Positions 59,636 through 64,000 of a stretch of DNA of 64,000 nucleotides are shown in pieces. The notes below the pieces were generated by a model, which had not been told where the DNA came from, made no database searches, and saw only the letters and a list, made by a program, of their open reading frames with translations. The position numbers and the translations under genes were made by a program. The DNA comes from an uncultured virus (IMG/VR IMGVR_UViG_3300022885_000008) (lineage: Duplodnaviria > Heunggongvirae > Uroviricota > Caudoviricetes), in IMG/VR virus record IMGVR_UViG_3300022885_000008. One strand, written 5' to 3'. The stretch's first letter is position 1; each line of letters opens with the position of its first letter.

Positions 59636-62040
59636 TGTACTTTTCCTGATGGTTTAGGTGTACGTTTGTATATTTTATATAACAATCCAACTACGCTGGC
59701 GCCTGCAGCTACGGCTGATCCTACACCAGCAGCCTGTCCGTTTGTTCTTAAATCCATTAGTTGTTTAAGTCGATTTCTCCGGCGCGGTGCCATTGGAGCT
59801 TGAGCAGTAGTATTTTTCCCGCTTCGTAGGTCGAAATCTAAGTCAACGTCATTAATATAATCTGCAAAGAAATTAGCATCTTCTATGTATTTGATGCGAA
59901 CTGCTGGCTTGTGTCTTAGCAGTGTACTAATATTAGTTTCCCATTTAGTAGTATCAATTGTGTGTGATACTTCATTACATTGAAACAATGTATTAGCTTT
60001 ATATCTGTCTGGAAGCCATCCTCCTTCATTAATACCTTCTACTGTAAATGAATTACCCATGTAAATTCCAGTGATTCCCGGTGTTACAATTGACAATTGA
60101 AGGCTTGCCAGAGGCTTGAAATCTAATCCGTCAGTACTATTCTTAAATTTATTAACAAGATTAACAAGTGACGATTTTGCTGCACCTTTTTTATGTCCTG
60201 AATTTATGTATATGTATACATCGTTGAAATATTCAAGTACTGGATTTATTTCACCGGCCGCTTCGTTTGACTGATCTATTGTTATTAAATCAGGTGTGGC
60301 ATTAGTAGTCGTAGGTGGTATTTTATTTCTAAGTTTATCCACTATTATCTGGTCGTTGTTATGACCGTACAATGTGAAAAAAGATCCATCTTTTAATTCA
60401 GTAGAATATGATGCTCCAAGTGAAGAAGCGTACGCTGCAGATGCTAATCTATCGGATAGATTAGTTGTCATGTTAAGGCTCTTTAAGAACGGACGCTTAA
60501 TAGTAAAGTCAAGTAACGCGTTTTTTGATTTTATCAAATCAATTATATCTGCGTTGATGCAATTAGTATCATATACGGCAAGGCCTGTTTGGTCATATGG
60601 TTTCCCGGCCATTGAAAATTCCCAAAGATTACCACATGATTCATTAATTCCACTTAACAGTCGATTGATAAAATCATTTAAGCGTGGGTTATTACCAAGT
60701 GAATTATATATACGTTCAATATAAGAAACATTAACGGCAATATTTCGTAAATATCCTCTCTTTGGATTACCTGGAACAGTAAAATCTGCAAACTTGTAAT
60801 CTATTGGCTCTGGTGGGCCAGCGGCCGATGTTTCTGGTGAAAGTACACGTTGGTATGGATATATATTGTGTTCTTTGTTTACATAGTTTTTACTACTATT
60901 TTTAATAACTGGTGTGGATGCTCCGGCAATATCAACCGTTTGAGTCTGAGGCATGAATTCTTGTCCAGGTAACATACATACATCTAAGTCACATGATCTT
61001 AATTCAGTAAAGTTTAATATTTGATTTGATTCTACACGTGCTTCACTTTCATTATATATTCTACTATTTATCGGAGTATTTATATACGCTAATAAATAAT
61101 CTTCGATAAATCCCCAAGTTACAAACATTCTATATTTAGCTGATACCGTTACTTCGCCGGGGATGGAAGCCACAGAACCAAGCTTAGTAGCTACTGTCAA
61201 TGCATCATCTGAATTTTTATATAGAGTATTGTATCCATCGCCGCGGAAATTAAGACCCGGTTTCTTTTTCATTTCGCCATGAGGGGCATCAGGATTGCGC
61301 CAATTGCCGCCCCACTCCATTCCGTTATTTAAATAGGCTCGGCCCAATGCTACCCAAAATGGGTGGTCTAAATTGGGCGGATATATTTCATCTATGGTTG
61401 CGCCGCGCGGGAGTTGTATAGCAATATCCACCGCTTGGGCAGCCGGCTTTCCTTTTGAATTTACAAAGTTATGATACCCAAAATTTACTTGAGTATTCGG
61501 ACCTTTATTGAGATGTTCCTGCCGAGCCGTACTTCTGTAAGTTTCCATTATTCTAGGATTAAATCCTTGATTTTTCATTTCGGTTATCACCTTCACCACG
61601 GCTTGTTTTGTTACCGGATGTAATAAATCTAATGAAGTTTGAGATTTAGTTACATTTTCAGTGGTAGGTGTATTATTTGCAGGTGCTGTAGTCGTACTAC
61701 TGTCAGGCCCAGAAGTTTCAGGCGATGAATAATTTGATGCTGGTTCTTTATTATCAGTATCAGTATTCGTGTCATTGTATGGTAGATATAACGTTAATCC
61801 CTGTACAGTATCATCTTCATCGAGTATTATATATTTATCGGTAGCACTAAGAGTATCAGAGTTAGTACGGTTGTTTGATATATTACCATTATCTACGTAT
61901 CGGTATCTATAATATACATCTTTTTCCGTAAGTATGGCTTCTGCTGCTACTTTGGTGAAAAATCGATTGGGATCATCTATACCCAAATCACTATCGTATG
62001 GATAGTTAATATGATATAATATTTTTTTTATGTCGTCCAT
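59632..62040 (-). CDS. baseplate hub/tail protein with M15-type peptidoglycan peptidase domain
   Basis: YRS..RQ...H...AVDI...WGGNW..PD.PH.E; hub-like C-terminus (GI..GNSF, VSHTI...WET). Confidence 0.72.
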   Translation of the reverse strand: MDDIKKILYHINYPYDSDLGIDDPNRFFTKVAAEAILTEKDVYYRYRYVDNGNISNNRTNSDTLSATDKYIILDEDDTVQGLTLYLPYNDTNTDTDNKEPASNYSSPETSGPDSSTTTAPANNTPTTENVTKSQTSLDLLHPVTKQAVVKVITEMKNQGFNPRIMETYRSTARQEHLNKGPNTQVNFGYHNFVNSKGKPAAQAVDIAIQLPRGATIDEIYPPNLDHPFWVALGRAYLNNGMEWGGNWRNPDAPHGEMKKKPGLNFRGDGYNTLYKNSDDALTVATKLGSVASIPGEVTVSAKYRMFVTWGFIEDYLLAYINTPINSRIYNESEARVESNQILNFTELRSCDLDVCMLPGQEFMPQTQTVDIAGASTPVIKNSSKNYVNKEHNIYPYQRVLSPETSAAGPPEPIDYKFADFTVPGNPKRGYLRNIAVNVSYIERIYNSLGNNPRLNDFINRLLSGINESCGNLWEFSMAGKPYDQTGLAVYDTNCINADIIDLIKSKNALLDFTIKRPFLKSLNMTTNLSDRLASAAYASSLGASYSTELKDGSFFTLYGHNNDQIIVDKLRNKIPPTTTNATPDLITIDQSNEAAGEINPVLEYFNDVYIYINSGHKKGAAKSSLVNLVNKFKNSTDGLDFKPLASLQLSIVTPGITGIYMGNSFTVEGINEGGWLPDRYKANTLFQCNEVSHTIDTTKWETNISTLLRHKPAVRIKYIEDANFFADYINDVDLDFDLRSGKNTTAQAPMAPRRRNRLKQLMDLRTNGQAAGVGSAVAAGASVVGLLYKIYKRTPKPSGKVQ

Positions 62041-62064
62041 TTATATTCTAATTTAAAAACCAAC

Positions 62065-63036
62065 TCAATTACCATCTTCTTTTGGGATAGGGTCTAGACC
62101 CATGGTCGCCAATTCTTCCGGAGATATTAATCGGCCTGGGTCAACAAATCGATTGTCTAATCCATTATTATTAGAATCATCGGGGGCGACGCCTATTGCG
62201 TTACCATTGATAATCAATTCACCTGGTAAAATTGCATCCTTACTTTCATAAAGAGAAGGAGTTTTAATTGGTATTATGTCAGGCAAATAATTAGTCGTGA
62301 TAGGACGCTCCGCTAAAAAATAGGACGGTGCAATCAATTCTATATTGGCTATATATCCGCCGCCTTCGCGGCCTGAATATTGAAAACTATATATTACCCC
62401 CAGCATAGCACCGTATTTACCAGCGGTATTGTCATCGGGTCCTAAATTACTAGCCAAGAGTTCATTTAATGGACTATCGACCGATAATATTTTTTTAAGT
62501 ATTTTATCTTGAATTAACGGCTGTGTATCAGTATCTAATATATTAAGTAATCCACCATCATAGTCACTCCACCCCCATTCTAATACACATGATACACCTG
62601 GAACCATATAAAATTTTTCAATTAATTCAAGGTCTTTTTCATATGGTATAGTTATTGAAATAGATGCTTTTTGAATTGAACCTAATTTACCTTTTTGACC
62701 TATAGATACGTTGGTTATTCCTGGACGTGGTGTATTACGTCTTGCATATGAATATTGTGTTCCAGCTTCTTCAGTTGACCAGCCGGATAATTTACGTGTG
62801 TATGGTGTTAATCCTTCACTCTTTACTACATCACCCTGTAATACCCAGTCCTTTGCATGTAGTTCATCATTAGTTTCAGAATCATATACATTCTTAGCAT
62901 TGGATGTAAGCCGCATCCAAGGCGTTTTCTGATGAATAGATGGGTCTTTGCTCGCATACTTACGTTCTTCAATATCAATTCTATTTCTGATATTGGCGTG
63001 AATAGGATCTAAAAATACACCTCTTATACCACTCAT
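62065..63036 (-). CDS. baseplate hub-like protein, N-terminal-type module
   Basis: PWMRLTS, P.PGIT, G...VLEWGWS motifs. Confidence 0.6.
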   Translation of the reverse strand: MSGIRGVFLDPIHANIRNRIDIEERKYASKDPSIHQKTPWMRLTSNAKNVYDSETNDELHAKDWVLQGDVVKSEGLTPYTRKLSGWSTEEAGTQYSYARRNTPRPGITNVSIGQKGKLGSIQKASISITIPYEKDLELIEKFYMVPGVSCVLEWGWSDYDGGLLNILDTDTQPLIQDKILKKILSVDSPLNELLASNLGPDDNTAGKYGAMLGVIYSFQYSGREGGGYIANIELIAPSYFLAERPITTNYLPDIIPIKTPSLYESKDAILPGELIINGNAIGVAPDDSNNNGLDNRFVDPGRLISPEELATMGLDPIPKEDGN

Positions 63037-63371
63037 ACTTGATTTTCATTTAATTTATCTTTAAACGATTGGATGTCGGCCGGGATTCTTAATTGGATTC
63101 CCGGTGTAACGAATAGACTACCTTTACCCATACTATTAGCAAGTGCTATTATCCACCATAAAGACATATCACTATAATATTTATCTGCCAATAAATCTAA
63201 TCTATCGGTAGATTTAGAAATTATATATAAATCATTATTACTACGATCAGTTGCTGAATATAGTGTTGACTCCCTCATTTGAGGTGACTTATTTAACCCG
63301 GCTAGTTGATTGGGTATTTTAGGTTCTTTACCTATATACTTTTTTATCTTTGTGTATTGATATCTGGACAT
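63033..63371 (-). CDS. LysM-like baseplate wedge protein
   Basis: DRLDLLADKYY...LWWIIALAN...G.QLRIP. Confidence 0.8.
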   Translation of the reverse strand: MSRYQYTKIKKYIGKEPKIPNQLAGLNKSPQMRESTLYSATDRSNNDLYIISKSTDRLDLLADKYYSDMSLWWIIALANSMGKGSLFVTPGIQLRIPADIQSFKDKLNENQV

Positions 63372-63378
63372 GGTATTA

Positions 63379-63999
63379 TCAGTTTGTTAGTCCGCCTGGC
63401 AATCCCAGCGTACTTCCACCAGAAACGGAATCTATGGTTGTAATTGGTGATACTGTTGGTGTTTCCAATAAAAAATCAGAATCGGAATATGATCTGAATC
63501 CCTGGTTGTCGGTTGGTATAGTATTGTGAATAAATTGGAATCCTATATTTACACTGGCCGCTTTAGGTAATGCATTTCTAATTCGTTTTGTATTTGTATC
63601 ATCAAACCCCAAATCAAACGGTATATCTGTGTTAGGAGATATGTTAAGTGAACTTATAAATCCAAGTTGCCCCTTATATAGTTCACCAATTGTTAATTTA
63701 ATTAATGGTCCTATCATCCTATTTGTATCAGTCATTTTTGGCATTGTTAGCTTTGATAAAAAGTCAAGCTTTCGAAACATTGCTTTCAATTCTCTTGGAT
63801 GATGTACATATACTTCAAATGTGAATGCAAGTGATCTATCCATGCCAGTATAGTTATATACCTTATCAGGGCGGCCTAGATATTGATAAGATTCCCAAGA
63901 CGGACTAAATGAATCTGCTATTCCTGATATTGTTCCTCTGAATACTGATTTGTTTCCTCCTAACCTATCGAATCCAATGGGAATTAAATCACTGTTATT
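63379..63999 (-). CDS. tail tube/baseplate initiator-like protein, 5' end outside window
   Basis: Frame open to the window edge: FRGTISGIADSFSPSW...GRPD..Y.Y.G.DRSL.F.F. Confidence 0.7.
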   Translation of the reverse strand, partial: NNSDLIPIGFDRLGGNKSVFRGTISGIADSFSPSWESYQYLGRPDKVYNYTGMDRSLAFTFEVYVHHPRELKAMFRKLDFLSKLTMPKMTDTNRMIGPLIKLTIGELYKGQLGFISSLNISPNTDIPFDLGFDDTNTKRIRNALPKAASVNIGFQFIHNTIPTDNQGFRSYSDSDFLLETPTVSPITTIDSVSGGSTLGLPGGLTN

Positions 64000-64000
64000 T

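Overview
This AT-rich window looks like part of a large (jumbo) T4-like/myovirus phage genome, probably infecting a Bacteroidota host; the host call rests on repeated TTTG-N20-TATCTTAG promoters. Essentially all real genes are on the minus strand. 1-8.5 kb: an array of about 18 tRNA genes interspersed with free-standing homing endonucleases. Several tRNAs are structurally non-canonical, and a ~1 kb ORF-free structured RNA (GOLLD/ROOL-like) encloses a tRNA-Arg. 8.5-18.8 kb: a MoxR AAA ATPase, a vWA/metallopeptidase protein, a CCA-adding/HD polyprotein and probable head proteins. 18.9-33 kb: a glycan biosynthesis cluster (Gmd, aminotransferase, fucosyltransferase-like, methyl-, sulfo- and glycosyltransferases) plus an Acb1-like 2H nuclease. 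33-59 kb: GroEL/ES and the replication module (clamp loader, clamp, dUTPase, family B polymerase, class II RNR, helicase, 5'-3' exonuclease, RecA, SSB, PolA-like protein), with a putative DNA-modification block of three Mom-like genes and a glycosyltransferase. 59-64 kb: tail/baseplate genes. The most striking feature is the family B polymerase. It is fractured around a homing endonuclease and carries degenerate split-intein-like ends. Its catalytic YxDTDS motif is broken by ACU-UA-ACU, which could be rescued by a 5-nt ribosomal hop. All family assignments come from motif recognition by eye; no database searches were run.
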